From: an uncultured Enterobacterales bacterium
GTDB lineage: Bacteria; Myxococcota_A; UBA796; CAJQPC01
NCBI GenBank assembly: GCA_964519895.1
Contig: CAZFLE010000015.1
Span: forward strand, 2,073-66,072
Direction of reading: 5' to 3'
Length of the DNA stretch: 64,000 bases
Of this stretch, positions 44,963 to 56,131 are shown piece after piece (within the stretch, counting starts at the first letter, position 1; the number at the start of each line of letters is the position of its first letter). Below the pieces are notes generated by a model, which was not told where the DNA came from, searched no databases, and worked only from the letters and a program-made list of their open reading frames with translations. Position numbers and translations under genes: made by a program.

Positions 44963-46852
44963 ATGTCCCCCCTCCTCTTGCTGGCTCTGGCGGCCTGCTC
45001 CGACGGCGAACCCACACCCCAGGCCCAGCCCGGCCCGCTCACGGCCGGCATCGCCACGGCGCGCATCCCGGCGCCCGTAGGCATCGGCACCGCGGGCAAC
45101 GGCCCCTTCGACGCGCCCACCTCGGACTCCCCCTTCGCCGAGATCTACCCGGCGACCAAGCACCTGTATGGCCACCCGGAGATCAAGGTCGTCACGCTGT
45201 CCCGGGGCGAGGGCTTCGAGCTCATCTTCGTCCGGGTCGACGCCATCGGCATGTTCCAGCAGCTCCGCCGGGCCCTGGTCCTGGAGCTCGAGCAGCGCAC
45301 CGGCCGGGACTTCGACGACGCCCTCATCATCGGAGCCACCCACACCCACTCGGGACCTGGGCGAGTGCTCGATGCCGGGGGCTTCTTCGACCTGATCGCA
45401 GACCGCTACTTCCCCGAATTCTACGAGGCCTTCCTGCACACGCTCGCCGACACCATCGAGGCCTCCCTGGCGGACCTGCAGCCAGCGAGGGTGGGCCACG
45501 CCATCACCACCTGCAGCGACGCCCACGAGGACCGCCGCTGCGAGGACGGACTGGACTACGAGAACCCCGCCCTGCCGGTGATCGCCGTCGAGCGGGACGC
45601 TCGGGTCGACGCGGTGGTCATGAGCTACGCCATCCACGGCACGGTGCTCGGCATCGACGAGCTGTTCCTGTCCCAGGACGTGTCCGGGGTGATCGAACAG
45701 GCCGTCGAGGACCGCTTCGACCACCCGGTCGAGGCCTTGATGTTCAACGCCTGGGGTGCCGACATGGCCCCGGCCACGCCGATCGTGGAGACCCGCGCCG
45801 GCGCGAGCCAGCCCAGCGGATTCGACAAGATGGACGCCGTGGGCCAGACCGTGGCCGACGCCGTGGACCAGGCCGTGACCTCGCTGAGCTGGCACGACGA
45901 GCCCACCATCGCCGCCACCACCAGCCGCATCCACATCGACCGCGAGATCATCGGCTACGAAGACGGGGTGTTCGAGTACGAGTACGGCGGCGTGTACTGC
46001 GAAGGCGGCGACGACTGCGACACCAGCACGGTCGAGGAAGAGCTCGATGCGCGCTGCATCCCCTTCAACGCCGACTACCCAGCCCCGGACCAGACCGTCG
46101 TGACCGCCGGACAGGTGGGCGGCATGCACTTCATCACCTGGCCTGGCGAAGCGGGCACACTGCTCGCAGAGGCGCTGATGGCCGACATCCAGGACACACA
46201 CCCGGACGTCCAGGAGCTGGCTTTCTTCGGCTACACCCAGGACTACCTGGGCTACTCCATCCTGGAGGACGACTGGTGGCAGGGCGGGTACGAGGCCGCC
46301 GGTGGCCTCTGGGGTCCCCAACAGGGAGAGCACCTGAGCTTCTGGTCCTGGCTGGCCTTTGGCAGCTACATGGGCACCCACATCATGGGCCTGGAGCCCG
46401 AGCCCATCACGCCCTTCGACGACCCGGTCTACGAACCCTACGTGGTCGAGACGGCCATCGATGCCGGCACGGTCCTGGCCGACGTCCCTGACGCCGTCGG
46501 GGTCTCCGACGTGGTGACCCTGACCGTGCTCGGCGAAGACGCCTGGCTGGGCACGCCCCTGGCCCACCTCGAGACCGCCGCCGGAGAGCCGGTCACGCGG
46601 GCCAATGGTGCACCCGTGGACAGCGACTCCAGCCGCTTCTGGATCGACCACGTGGTGGACCCCACCTACGAGGACGAGGAGCTCGCCGGGGCCCGCACCT
46701 TTGCCTGGACCTACTCCCTGCCCGTCCAGAAGCCCACGGTCGGTGCCGGCACCCTGGCGGCGGGCAGCTACCGGATCCGGGTGGAGATCCCCAGGGCCGA
46801 CGGGTCGATCGACACGGTGACCAGCAGCGCCTTCACCGTCACCCTTGACTGA
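44963..46852 (+). CDS. Neutral/alkaline ceramidase-like lipoprotein
   Basis: Lipobox LLLALAAC and the GATHTHSGPG motif with surrounding context typical of the neutral ceramidase N-domain. The assignment is from motif memory. Confidence 0.6.
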   Translation: MSPLLLLALAACSDGEPTPQAQPGPLTAGIATARIPAPVGIGTAGNGPFDAPTSDSPFAEIYPATKHLYGHPEIKVVTLSRGEGFELIFVRVDAIGMFQQLRRALVLELEQRTGRDFDDALIIGATHTHSGPGRVLDAGGFFDLIADRYFPEFYEAFLHTLADTIEASLADLQPARVGHAITTCSDAHEDRRCEDGLDYENPALPVIAVERDARVDAVVMSYAIHGTVLGIDELFLSQDVSGVIEQAVEDRFDHPVEALMFNAWGADMAPATPIVETRAGASQPSGFDKMDAVGQTVADAVDQAVTSLSWHDEPTIAATTSRIHIDREIIGYEDGVFEYEYGGVYCEGGDDCDTSTVEEELDARCIPFNADYPAPDQTVVTAGQVGGMHFITWPGEAGTLLAEALMADIQDTHPDVQELAFFGYTQDYLGYSILEDDWWQGGYEAAGGLWGPQQGEHLSFWSWLAFGSYMGTHIMGLEPEPITPFDDPVYEPYVVETAIDAGTVLADVPDAVGVSDVVTLTVLGEDAWLGTPLAHLETAAGEPVTRANGAPVDSDSSRFWIDHVVDPTYEDEELAGARTFAWTYSLPVQKPTVGAGTLAAGSYRIRVEIPRADGSIDTVTSSAFTVTLD

Positions 46853-47537
46853 GCCCTGCACGCGTCCGGAGCCGGTGGACCCCCACACGGTTCCGGTGCC
46901 CATCCTGTCCCGAGACGCGCGCTTCGTGGTGGTGGCCAAGCCGTCGGGCCTGGCGGTGCACCGGGGCCTGGCCCAGGACCCGACCTACGTGCTTCAGCGG
47001 GTGCGGGATGCCGTGGGACGGCATGTCTACCCCGTGCACCGCCTGGACCGCCCCACCAGCGGGGCGCTGCTCATGGCCCTGGACCGGGACGCCGCCCGCA
47101 TCCTGCACGACCAGTTCGACGCCCGCACCGTGGCCAAGCGCTACCTGGCCCTGGTGCGGGGCCGCGCGCCCGACGAGGGGGGCGTCGACTCGCCTCTGGC
47201 CCGAGACTCCGGGGCCCCGGTCGAAGCCCTCACCCGGTATCGCACGCTGCAGCGGGTGCGCAGGGCGTCGTGGCTCGAGGTCATCCCACTGACTGGCCGC
47301 AAGCACCAGATCCGGCGGCACCTGCGCCGGATCGACCACCCGGTGGTGGGCGACGTGACCCTGGGGGACGGCAGCATCAACCGGCAGTTCCGGCAACGCT
47401 GCGGGCTCTGGCGACTGGCACTGCACGCCAGCCAGCTGGCCTTCGATCACCCCGAGACCGGGGCCCGCATCCAGGTCGACTGCCCGCTCCCCCCAGACCT
47501 GGCCGGACCGCTGGAGCGCCTGGGCATCCAGGGCTGA
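46845..47537 (+). CDS. RluA-family pseudouridine synthase (TruC-like)
   Basis: Carries the VHRLDRPTSGALL catalytic Asp motif, KRYLALV and GRKHQIRRHL. Confidence 0.85.
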   Translation: MTEPCTRPEPVDPHTVPVPILSRDARFVVVAKPSGLAVHRGLAQDPTYVLQRVRDAVGRHVYPVHRLDRPTSGALLMALDRDAARILHDQFDARTVAKRYLALVRGRAPDEGGVDSPLARDSGAPVEALTRYRTLQRVRRASWLEVIPLTGRKHQIRRHLRRIDHPVVGDVTLGDGSINRQFRQRCGLWRLALHASQLAFDHPETGARIQVDCPLPPDLAGPLERLGIQG

Positions 47538-47679
47538 GCGCCCGGCACCCCCAGCCCCGTCTTCGCATTCCTTAGGACAGGGTCACGGATTGTCCGGGGC
47601 CCGAATGGTGCAGCCAAGCCGGCGTCGGAGTGTGCGAGTCCCGAGCGGGACCACCTCAACCTCTCCACTGGAGCACCCC

Positions 47680-47979
47680 ATGAAGACCCTCATCGCCCTG
47701 ACCACCCTCGCCGCCATCGCCACCTCCTCCGCCGACGCCGAAGCCCGCCCCATGCTGGACCGCGGCGACCGCATCGAGATCGCAGCCCAGTCCGGCGAGC
47801 TGACCAAGCGAGAGGTCGCCCGCCTGCGAGCCGAGCAGCGTGAGCTGGCCACCGCCCTGGACATCGCCCAGTCCGACGGGCGTGTGACCCGGGCCGAGCG
47901 CAAGCAGCTGCAGCGCCTGGAGAACCAGCTGGATCGTCGCCTGGTGCGCTACGGGCACAACGAGCGCTCCCGACGCTGA
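47680..47979 (+). CDS. Small secreted protein with two Thr-x-x-Glu/Gln-rich helical repeats
   Basis: Signal peptide MKTLIALTTLAAIATSSADA. It contains two similar helical repeat segments (ELTKREVARLRAEQ and RVTRAERKQLQRLENQ). Confidence 0.45.
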   Translation: MKTLIALTTLAAIATSSADAEARPMLDRGDRIEIAAQSGELTKREVARLRAEQRELATALDIAQSDGRVTRAERKQLQRLENQLDRRLVRYGHNERSRR

Positions 47980-48013
47980 GCCTTGGCGGGCCCACCACCC
48001 GGCCGCGCTCTCC

Positions 48014-48667
48014 ATGTGGGGGGCGCGGCCGTCGCGCGCCGGGCTCGGTTACGCCCAAGGCATGGGCAGGCGCTTGCAAGCGGCAGTCGTCGGGACGGTC
48101 GCAGGGCTGGCCGGCTGGACCTGGCTGGCGCTGGACTGGGTCCCGGTGACCAACACCGAGATGGCCCCGAGCCTGGTGCCGGGAGACTGGGTGCTGTTGG
48201 GGCCCGGTGCGCCCGTGCTGGGCCGAGTGGTCGCGCTCGACGACCCGGCCTGGCCGGGTCGACCGGTGCTGCGCCGGGTGCTCGGCCTGGCCGGCAACAC
48301 GGTGGGCGTGGAAGACGGGCTCGTGGTGGGCGAGGATCAGCGCCTTCGGATCCGGGAGATGGGTCGCGACGAGCACACCCTGACCCTGGCCGAGGACAAC
48401 GGCTACCTGATCCGCCGACTGCTCACCCGGGACCGGGCCCGAACCCCGCCGGTCCAGGTCCCCGACGGCCAGCTGTGGCTGCTGGCGGACAACCGGCCCG
48501 AAGCCCTGGACAGCCGCTGGTGGGGACCGGTCGCCGCCGAGCGGATCGAGCAGGTCGTGTGGCTGCGGCTGGGCGAGCCCGGCCTGTGGCGCAAGCGCGT
48601 GGCCATCGGTGGCCGCGACGGTCCCTGGGCCAAGCCCACGCCGCAATCCGCCGCCGAGCCGGGGTAG
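48014..48667 (+). CDS. Signal peptidase I (S26)-like protein with substituted catalytic residues
   Basis: The S26 boxes are recognisable (PGDWVLL, RRVLGLAGNTV, LLADNRPEALDSRWWGPV). However, the SM.PTL box reads EMAPSL and the K-R-V box reads R-R-V. Confidence 0.65.
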   Translation: MWGARPSRAGLGYAQGMGRRLQAAVVGTVAGLAGWTWLALDWVPVTNTEMAPSLVPGDWVLLGPGAPVLGRVVALDDPAWPGRPVLRRVLGLAGNTVGVEDGLVVGEDQRLRIREMGRDEHTLTLAEDNGYLIRRLLTRDRARTPPVQVPDGQLWLLADNRPEALDSRWWGPVAAERIEQVVWLRLGEPGLWRKRVAIGGRDGPWAKPTPQSAAEPG

Positions 48668-48675
48668 CGTGCGGC

Positions 48676-49584
48676 GTGCCCGAGTACCCCGACGTCACCG
48701 TCTACATCGAGCGCCTGGAAGCCCGGGTCACCGGCCACGTCTTGGAGCGCCTGCGCCTGGCCAGCCCGTTCCTGGTGCGCACCTTCGACCCCCCGATCAG
48801 TGCCCTGACCGGGCTGACCGTGCGTGGCTTCCGCCGGATCGGCAAGCGCATCGTGTTCGCCTTCGATCACGACCTGTTCCTGGTGCTGCACCTGATGGTC
48901 GCGGGTCGCCTGCGCTGGCGGGATCCCGGCGCCAAGCTGAACCGTCGGCTGGCCCTGGCCGGCTTCGACTTTGCCCACGGCACCTTGCTGCTGACCGAAG
49001 CGAGCAAGAAGAAGCGGGCGTCCCTGCACCTGGTCCGTGGCGAGGCGGCCTTGGCAGAGCACGACCGGGGCGGCGCGGAGCTCTCTGGCCTGGATCGTGA
49101 GGGCTTCAAGGCCGTGCTGCGCCGAGAGAACCACACCCTCAAGCGCACGCTGACCGATCCCAGGCTGTTCAGTGGGATCGGCAACGCCTACAGCGACGAG
49201 ATCCTGCATCGGGCCCAGCTCTCCCCGCTCACTTGGAGCACCCGGCTCGACGAGGACCAGATCACCCGCCTCTACCAAGCCACCCTGGCCTGCCTGACCG
49301 AGTGGACCGAGCGGCTGCGAGCCGAGGTCGGCGACGGCTTCCCCGACAAGGTCACGGCCTTTCGGGACGAGATGGCCGTGCACGGTCGGTACAAGAAGCC
49401 CTGCCCCGTCTGCGGCGACCCGGTCCAGCGCATCCAGTACGCCGACAACCAGACCAACTACTGCCCCACCTGTCAGACCGGGGGCAAGCTGCTCGCCGAC
49501 CGCGCCCTGAGCCGCCTCCTCAAGGGAGACTGGCCCAGGAGCCTGGATGCGCTCGAAGAGCACAAGGCCGAGCGCAAGGTCTGA
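48676..49584 (+). CDS. Fpg/Nei family DNA glycosylase
   Basis: The GTG start gives (M)PEYPDV with Pro2/Glu3. It has the H2TH region GIGNAYSDEILH and the C4 zinc finger CPVCG..CPTCQ. Confidence 0.8.
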   Translation: MPEYPDVTVYIERLEARVTGHVLERLRLASPFLVRTFDPPISALTGLTVRGFRRIGKRIVFAFDHDLFLVLHLMVAGRLRWRDPGAKLNRRLALAGFDFAHGTLLLTEASKKKRASLHLVRGEAALAEHDRGGAELSGLDREGFKAVLRRENHTLKRTLTDPRLFSGIGNAYSDEILHRAQLSPLTWSTRLDEDQITRLYQATLACLTEWTERLRAEVGDGFPDKVTAFRDEMAVHGRYKKPCPVCGDPVQRIQYADNQTNYCPTCQTGGKLLADRALSRLLKGDWPRSLDALEEHKAERKV

Positions 49585-49587
49585 GCG

Positions 49588-50385
49588 TCAGCCCTCGCGG
49601 GCCAGCTGGAGCTGGCTGAAGCCAAACCGGACCTTCAAGGTCATGTACTCCTCGCCGATCTCCAGGGCGAGGTCGTCCACGCCCATCTTGATGTTCAGCG
49701 GGCCCAGGCCGTTCTCGCCACCCATCATGCCGTCGAGCTGGTCCTTCTTGAGGATCGGCACCGGGTTGAACCGGACCATCTGCTGGTCGATGAGCTTCTG
49801 GGCCATGTCGTCGACGTACTTCCAGAGGGGATGGTCGCCGAAGCGGACGGTGACGCCCTTGAGGTTGCCCTGGAGCTGGCCCGTCTCGTTGTTGTAGTGG
49901 ATGTCCTTGAGGTGCACCTCGGCCCCCAGCCGCTTGGACAGGTCGAAGGGGATCTCCAGGTTCTGCTTGAGCAGGGTGGCCCGCCCTGCGGCGCTGAACT
50001 TGAAGAAAGCCTGGGCGCCGATCTCCTGGGTGGCGTAGACGAACTCGCTGCCGTCCCGATCGACCTCGACCTTCCAGGTGCCGTCGACGGACAGCATCTC
50101 CTCCAGCACTTCGTAGACCTGGTCCCGGCGGTTGTCCCACACGTCGCCGGCCTTGTCCTTGACCTTGACCAGGGCGTTGGGTGCGCCGCCGCCTTCGATG
50201 AGCCCCCGGACCTTTTCCTTGACCCCCAGCTGCCGGGCGAGATCCCGGGCGTTCTTGACCAGATCGAACTCTCCCTCCTTGACGGTGACCGGCAGGCTCG
50301 CGGCGAGCAGCTCCGAGAACATGGTCCGTCCGATGGACAGGGCCATGTGGTAGCCGTCGCTGATCTGCTTGGGGGCGTGGGCCAT
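49588..50385 (-). CDS. Hypothetical protein (265 aa), no recognisable domain
   Basis: The start was trimmed to MAHAPKQ. It has balanced, Lys/Glu-containing composition that is atypical of artefact ORFs in this GC context. Confidence 0.5.
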   Translation of the reverse strand: MAHAPKQISDGYHMALSIGRTMFSELLAASLPVTVKEGEFDLVKNARDLARQLGVKEKVRGLIEGGGAPNALVKVKDKAGDVWDNRRDQVYEVLEEMLSVDGTWKVEVDRDGSEFVYATQEIGAQAFFKFSAAGRATLLKQNLEIPFDLSKRLGAEVHLKDIHYNNETGQLQGNLKGVTVRFGDHPLWKYVDDMAQKLIDQQMVRFNPVPILKKDQLDGMMGGENGLGPLNIKMGVDDLALEIGEEYMTLKVRFGFSQLQLAREG

Positions 50386-50540
50386 GGAACCTCCGTGCCG
50401 GGGCAGTCTACCGGAGCGGGCCGCGGATGCGCTCCAGGACGGCCACCGCGTCACTGACGCCCTGTCGCATCAAATCGCGTCAAGGCGGCCCCGTGGCGAC
50501 AGGTTGTCGCGCCCACACCGCGGATCGAGGCCCCTGGGGC

Positions 50541-50556
50541 AGGCACGGCTCTTGCT
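50541..50556 (+). promoter_or_regulatory. Candidate sigma-54 promoter
   Basis: aGGCACGgctcTTGCt has GG-to-GC spacing identical to the consensus. It lies 31 nt upstream of the 50587 ATG. Confidence 0.55.
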
Positions 50557-50586
50557 TTGGAGCACCCACACACCTTGGAGGTGTTC

Positions 50587-50961
50587 ATGACTCGCTGGAT
50601 CCCCCTGTCCACCGGCCTGGTCTGCGGTGCCCTCGCCGCCACGCTGCTCACCACGGCCCAGGCCCGCACGGCCCTCGCCCCTGAACCGGCCTTGCGCCTC
50701 GAAGCGTCCGCGCCCGCCACCGACTCGGCGACGGGCGAGGTGGACTGCGTGGTGCTGCGCCCGCCGACCGAAGCCTCCCTGGAGGCCTGGTTCAGCCACC
50801 AGCTGGCCGCTGACCGCGATCACTTCGTCACCGGCGACGGCGCCATCTACCAGGCCCAGGGCGTGTCCATGAGCCCTTCGGAGTGGATCTGCGCCCTGCG
50901 CGTCAGCGACAGCCGCTCTACGAGAGCTCGGTCGCGCGGAAGAAGTACGCGATCTCGATAG
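50587..50961 (+). CDS. Hypothetical secreted protein
   Basis: Signal-like N-terminus [26 protein letters not shown]. The 3' end overlaps convergent ndk by 44 nt, so the C-terminus is doubtful. Confidence 0.35.
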   Translation: MTRWIPLSTGLVCGALAATLLTTAQARTALAPEPALRLEASAPATDSATGEVDCVVLRPPTEASLEAWFSHQLAADRDHFVTGDGAIYQAQGVSMSPSEWICALRVSDSRSTRARSRGRSTRSR

Positions 50962-51337
50962 CGGCGTTCTCGGTCGAGTCCGAGCCGTGCACGCTGTTCT
51001 CGCCGATGCTGCCGGCGTAGAGCGCCCGCAGGGTGTCCGGCGCGGCTTCGGCTGGGTTGGTGGCGCCCATGATCTCGCGGTTCTTGGCGACCGCGTCGTC
51101 GCCCTCGAGCACCATCACGACCACCGGGCTGCGGGACATGAACGCGGTCAGCTCGCCGAAGAACGGCCGCTCCCGGTGCACCGCGTAGAAGCCTTCGGCC
51201 TCGTGCTGGGACAGATGGATCTTGCGCATCGCAGCAATCCGCAGCCCCTCCTGCTCGAAGCGACCGGCGATCTTGCCGATGAGGTTCCGCTCGACGGCGT
51301 CGGGCTTGATGATGCTCAGGGTCTGCTGCGTGGCCAT
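50918..51337 (-). CDS. ndk: Nucleoside diphosphate kinase
   Basis: Carries [10 protein letters not shown], the NSVHGSDS active-site His region and GATNP. Confidence 0.95.
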   Translation of the reverse strand: MATQQTLSIIKPDAVERNLIGKIAGRFEQEGLRIAAMRKIHLSQHEAEGFYAVHRERPFFGELTAFMSRSPVVVMVLEGDDAVAKNREIMGATNPAEAAPDTLRALYAGSIGENSVHGSDSTENAAIEIAYFFRATELS

Positions 51338-51395
51338 CTTTGGCGCTCCGGTTGAGGGGTTGCTCAGAGGGGCGCCCGTATAGCTCGGTCGGCGT

Positions 51396-52264
51396 CTAGA
51401 GCAAGCCCTGCACGGTCTTGCCCATGTCCGACGGGTTCCGGCTCAGGTGGATGCCAGCGTCCTCCATGGCTGCGTACTTGGCTTCGGCGGTGCCCTTGCC
51501 GCCGCTGATGATGGCGCCAGCGTGGCCCATCCGCCGCCCAGGAGGCGCCGTCGCGCCGGCGATGAAGCCCACGACGGGCTTGGTCATGTGGTCCTTGGCC
51601 CAGGCACAGGCGTCTTCTTCGGCGGTGCCACCGATCTCGCCGATCATGACGACCACGTCGGTGTCGGGGTCGTCGTTGAACAGCTGGAGCGCGTCGATGT
51701 GCCGGGTGCCGATGATCGGGTCCCCACCGATGCCGATGCAGGTGGACTGTCCCAGCCCCAGGGCCGTGAGCTGCCCGACGGCCTCGTAGGTGAGAGTCCC
51801 GGAGCGGGACACGACGCCGACGCGGCCCGGCAGGTGAATGTGACCGGGCATGATGCCGATCTTGCACTCCCCGGGGGTGATGATGCCCGGACAATTGGGG
51901 CCGATCATGCGGGTCTGCTTGCCCTCGAGGTAGCGCCAGACCCGGACCATGTCGTGCACGGGCACGCCCTCGGTGATGGGCACGACGAGCTCCACGCCGG
52001 CGTCGATGGCCTCCATGATGGCGTCGGCCGCGAACGGCGGCGGCACGAAGATGACCGAGACGTTGGCGCCGGTCTCGGCCACGGCTTCGGCCACGGTGTC
52101 GAAGACCGGCACCCGGTCCCTGAAGGTCTGTCCGCCCTTGCCGGGGGTGCAGCCGGCCACCAGGTTGGTGCCGTAGTCCATCATCTGGCCGCAGTGGAAG
52201 CTGCCGGCGCCGCCGGTGATGCCCTGACAGAGCAGGCGGGTGTCCTTGTTGACGAGGATGGACA

Positions 52265-52265
<1 letters not shown>
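51396..52265 (-). CDS. sucD: Succinyl-CoA synthetase alpha subunit
   Basis: Carries [27 protein letters not shown] and the GHAGAII phosphohistidine loop. The ATG is at 52265. Confidence 0.95.
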
Positions 52266-53503
<1,238 letters not shown>

Positions 53504-53567
53504 CAGGGAACTCCATCGCCCGACTGGGCGAAGCGGTCCGCCCCGACGCGGGGCGGTTTGGGTGGCG

Positions 53568-54737
53568 TCAGCGCTGGCGGCTGCGGACCGGCTGGTCTTC
53601 GGCGATGAACTTGCAGCGGTAGATGGCCACGCCCTTGCCGCCACGGAAATTCAAGCGTTCGTCGATGATCTGGGCCGCGATGCCGGAGCAGCGGCTCAGC
53701 CCGAAGAGACAGGTGTAGTAGTCGCTGTTGCTCAGGCCCACGGCCTGGAGCAGCGTGCCGCTGATAGCGTCGACGTTTGGGTAGGGGTTGGAGACCTTGG
53801 GGTTCTCGCTCAGCACCTTGACCGCACGCTCCCGCATGGCCATCGCGGTCTTGTAGAGCGGGTCTTCGGGGCAGATCTCGGCACCCAGGCCGTACTGGAT
53901 GGTCGCGCGGGGGTCTTCTGCGCGGAGCACCGCGTGACCGAAGCCGAAGATCAGCCGCTTGGCGGCGAGCTCGCCCCGGATGAAGGCCTCGACCTGGTCT
54001 GGGTCGGACGTGCCGACACTGCGCACGAAGTTGAGGCAGTCCTGGTTGGCCCGGCCGTGTCGAGGCCCGTACAACCCGGCCATCGAGGCGGCCAGCGACG
54101 CATAGAGATCGGCCAGGCCCGACGCCACGGACTTGCCCGTGAAGGTGGACAGGTTGCCGCCGCCGTGGTCCAGGTGGAGCACGTAGAAGACCCGCAGGAG
54201 CCGCGTGATGGCGTCGTTGTCGCCACCGGGCACGCCCAGCATGTGCACGAAGTTTTCGATCAGGCCCCGCTCCGGCTCGGACGGGATGGGATCGCCCCAG
54301 CCCTCGCGAACCCGCACGATCGCAGCCAGCAGGGTCGGCAGCTGGGCCACCACCCGCAGGGCGTCCTCGCGGAAGTCGTCGGCCTTGCCCGTCATGCCCA
54401 GGAACATGAGCCCGGAGATGAGCCACTCCATGGGGTGGCCGTCCCGGGGCAGGCCCTTGATGAGGTCCAGCACGCGGCCATCGACCGCCGCCCGCTCCAC
54501 GAGCTGGGCCTTGAATGATGCCAGCTCGTCGTCGCTCGGCAGAGCCTTGTGGAAGAGCAGGTAGACGGCGGCCTCGGGGTCCAGGTCCCACAGATCGGTG
54601 ATCGGGTAGCCGCAGTAGTGGAGGCCCTTGTGGGGGTCCACGAACGAGGTGCGCACCGTGCCCACCGGCACGCCTCTCAGGCCGGTGTTGAGGTGTGCCC
54701 GGGTGACCTGAAAAAGGACCTCATTCGCGTCCGACAT
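53568..54737 (-). CDS. Citrate synthase family protein (short type; several signature positions diverge)
   Basis: Carries [21 protein letters not shown] and GFGHAVLR, which correspond to the citrate synthase His motifs. The start was trimmed to MSDANEV. Confidence 0.8.
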   Translation of the reverse strand: MSDANEVLFQVTRAHLNTGLRGVPVGTVRTSFVDPHKGLHYCGYPITDLWDLDPEAAVYLLFHKALPSDDELASFKAQLVERAAVDGRVLDLIKGLPRDGHPMEWLISGLMFLGMTGKADDFREDALRVVAQLPTLLAAIVRVREGWGDPIPSEPERGLIENFVHMLGVPGGDNDAITRLLRVFYVLHLDHGGGNLSTFTGKSVASGLADLYASLAASMAGLYGPRHGRANQDCLNFVRSVGTSDPDQVEAFIRGELAAKRLIFGFGHAVLRAEDPRATIQYGLGAEICPEDPLYKTAMAMRERAVKVLSENPKVSNPYPNVDAISGTLLQAVGLSNSDYYTCLFGLSRCSGIAAQIIDERLNFRGGKGVAIYRCKFIAEDQPVRSRQR

Positions 54738-54949
54738 CCTGCTGTTCCTCCTCGGCGGGGTCGCGCCACAGAGGGCCATCGTGCGGCACGCTGAGCGGTG
54801 CCAGGGCCCTCGGGCGGGAGGCATTGGATAGCGCGTGCAGGGGCCCTGCGCTACCTCCGCAACCGGCCCGAAGGACCCACGCTGAGCTATGATGCGAAGC
54901 CGTCGAGAGCACGACTTGCGCGTCGACGGCGACACCCAGGAGTCCAGGC

Positions 54950-56110
54950 TTGAAGCTGCAGGAAGTGGTCGCCCGCACGGACGTCGGCCGGGTTCGCGAT
55001 CACAACGAGGACAACCACCTGCTGGACGCCGAGCTGGGCGTCCTGGCCGTCGCTGACGGCATGGGCGGCCTGGCCCTGGGCGAGGTGGCGTCTGCCACCG
55101 CCATCGCCACGCTGGGCGCCGCCACCGAGGTGCTCCGGCCGCTGATCTCCGCGGTGGACAAGAACCCGACCAGCGCCAACCGCATCCAGCTCGCCCAGGC
55201 CCTCGAGGTCCTGAGTCACATCGCGTCCCAGCGCATCCAGCAGGCCACCCAGGGCCAGCCGTCGGGGACCACGATGGTCAGCGCCATCCTCACGATGGGT
55301 CACCTGCTGGTCTGCCACGTGGGAGACAGCCGGGCCTACCTGTACCGGGACAACACCCTGCGCCCCCTGACCCAGGACCACACCATCGCGGCCGCGCGCC
55401 TGCGCCAGGGCCTGATCACCCAGGAAGAACACGACCAGAGCCCCTACCAGCACATGCTGTACCAGGCGCTGGGCACCCAGGGAGACATCGACCCGGACCT
55501 GATCGACGTCACACTTGCCGACGGCGACCAGATCCTGCTCTGCTCCGACGGCCTGACCGGGCCAGTCTCCGACGACGCGCTGGCCATCATCCTGGCCAAC
55601 GCAGAGTCCCTGGACGACGCCGCAGACCAGATGATCGCCATGTCCCTGGCCAACGGCGGCCCGGACAACATCACGCTGGTGCTGGCCAGGGTCGAGACCC
55701 CGGCCGCCGCCGCCGTGATCGACCGCCGCCAGGAAGAGCTCGCAGCCAGCCCCACCTTTGGGCTGCTCAGCGACAACGACCACCTGCTACTGGCCTTGTT
55801 CCTCCAGGACGCGCGGGTCGACGCGGACCAGCCCTTCGACCTGGACCTGGGCGTGCACGTGCTGGTGGCTGGCGCGGCCACGTCGGGCGACAAGACCCTG
55901 GGCCCCGGGGACGCCTTTGGCGTCGCCCGCTTCGCCGGCGCCGAAGCGGGCGAACCCGACGTCTCCGCCACGTCGGCCGCGCACGCAGCCGTGCTCACCC
56001 AGGACGCCTTCGACGTGCTGGACAAGCGCCGGCCGGCGCTGAGCGCCCGACTGCTCCGCGGGCTGCTGGGGGTCCTGGCGACCCAGCTTCCTGGTCGCCG
56101 GGACGCCTGA
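54950..56110 (+). CDS. PP2C Ser/Thr phosphatase fused to a cyclic-nucleotide-binding-like domain
   Basis: TTG start. It has TDVGRVRDHNED, ADGMGG, GDSRAYL and DNITLV motifs. The C-terminal ~120 aa have a cNMP-domain pattern (GPGDAFG...). Confidence 0.8.
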   Translation: MKLQEVVARTDVGRVRDHNEDNHLLDAELGVLAVADGMGGLALGEVASATAIATLGAATEVLRPLISAVDKNPTSANRIQLAQALEVLSHIASQRIQQATQGQPSGTTMVSAILTMGHLLVCHVGDSRAYLYRDNTLRPLTQDHTIAAARLRQGLITQEEHDQSPYQHMLYQALGTQGDIDPDLIDVTLADGDQILLCSDGLTGPVSDDALAIILANAESLDDAADQMIAMSLANGGPDNITLVLARVETPAAAAVIDRRQEELAASPTFGLLSDNDHLLLALFLQDARVDADQPFDLDLGVHVLVAGAATSGDKTLGPGDAFGVARFAGAEAGEPDVSATSAAHAAVLTQDAFDVLDKRRPALSARLLRGLLGVLATQLPGRRDA

Positions 56111-56131
56111 GCGAGCGGGGGCCTCAGTCCG

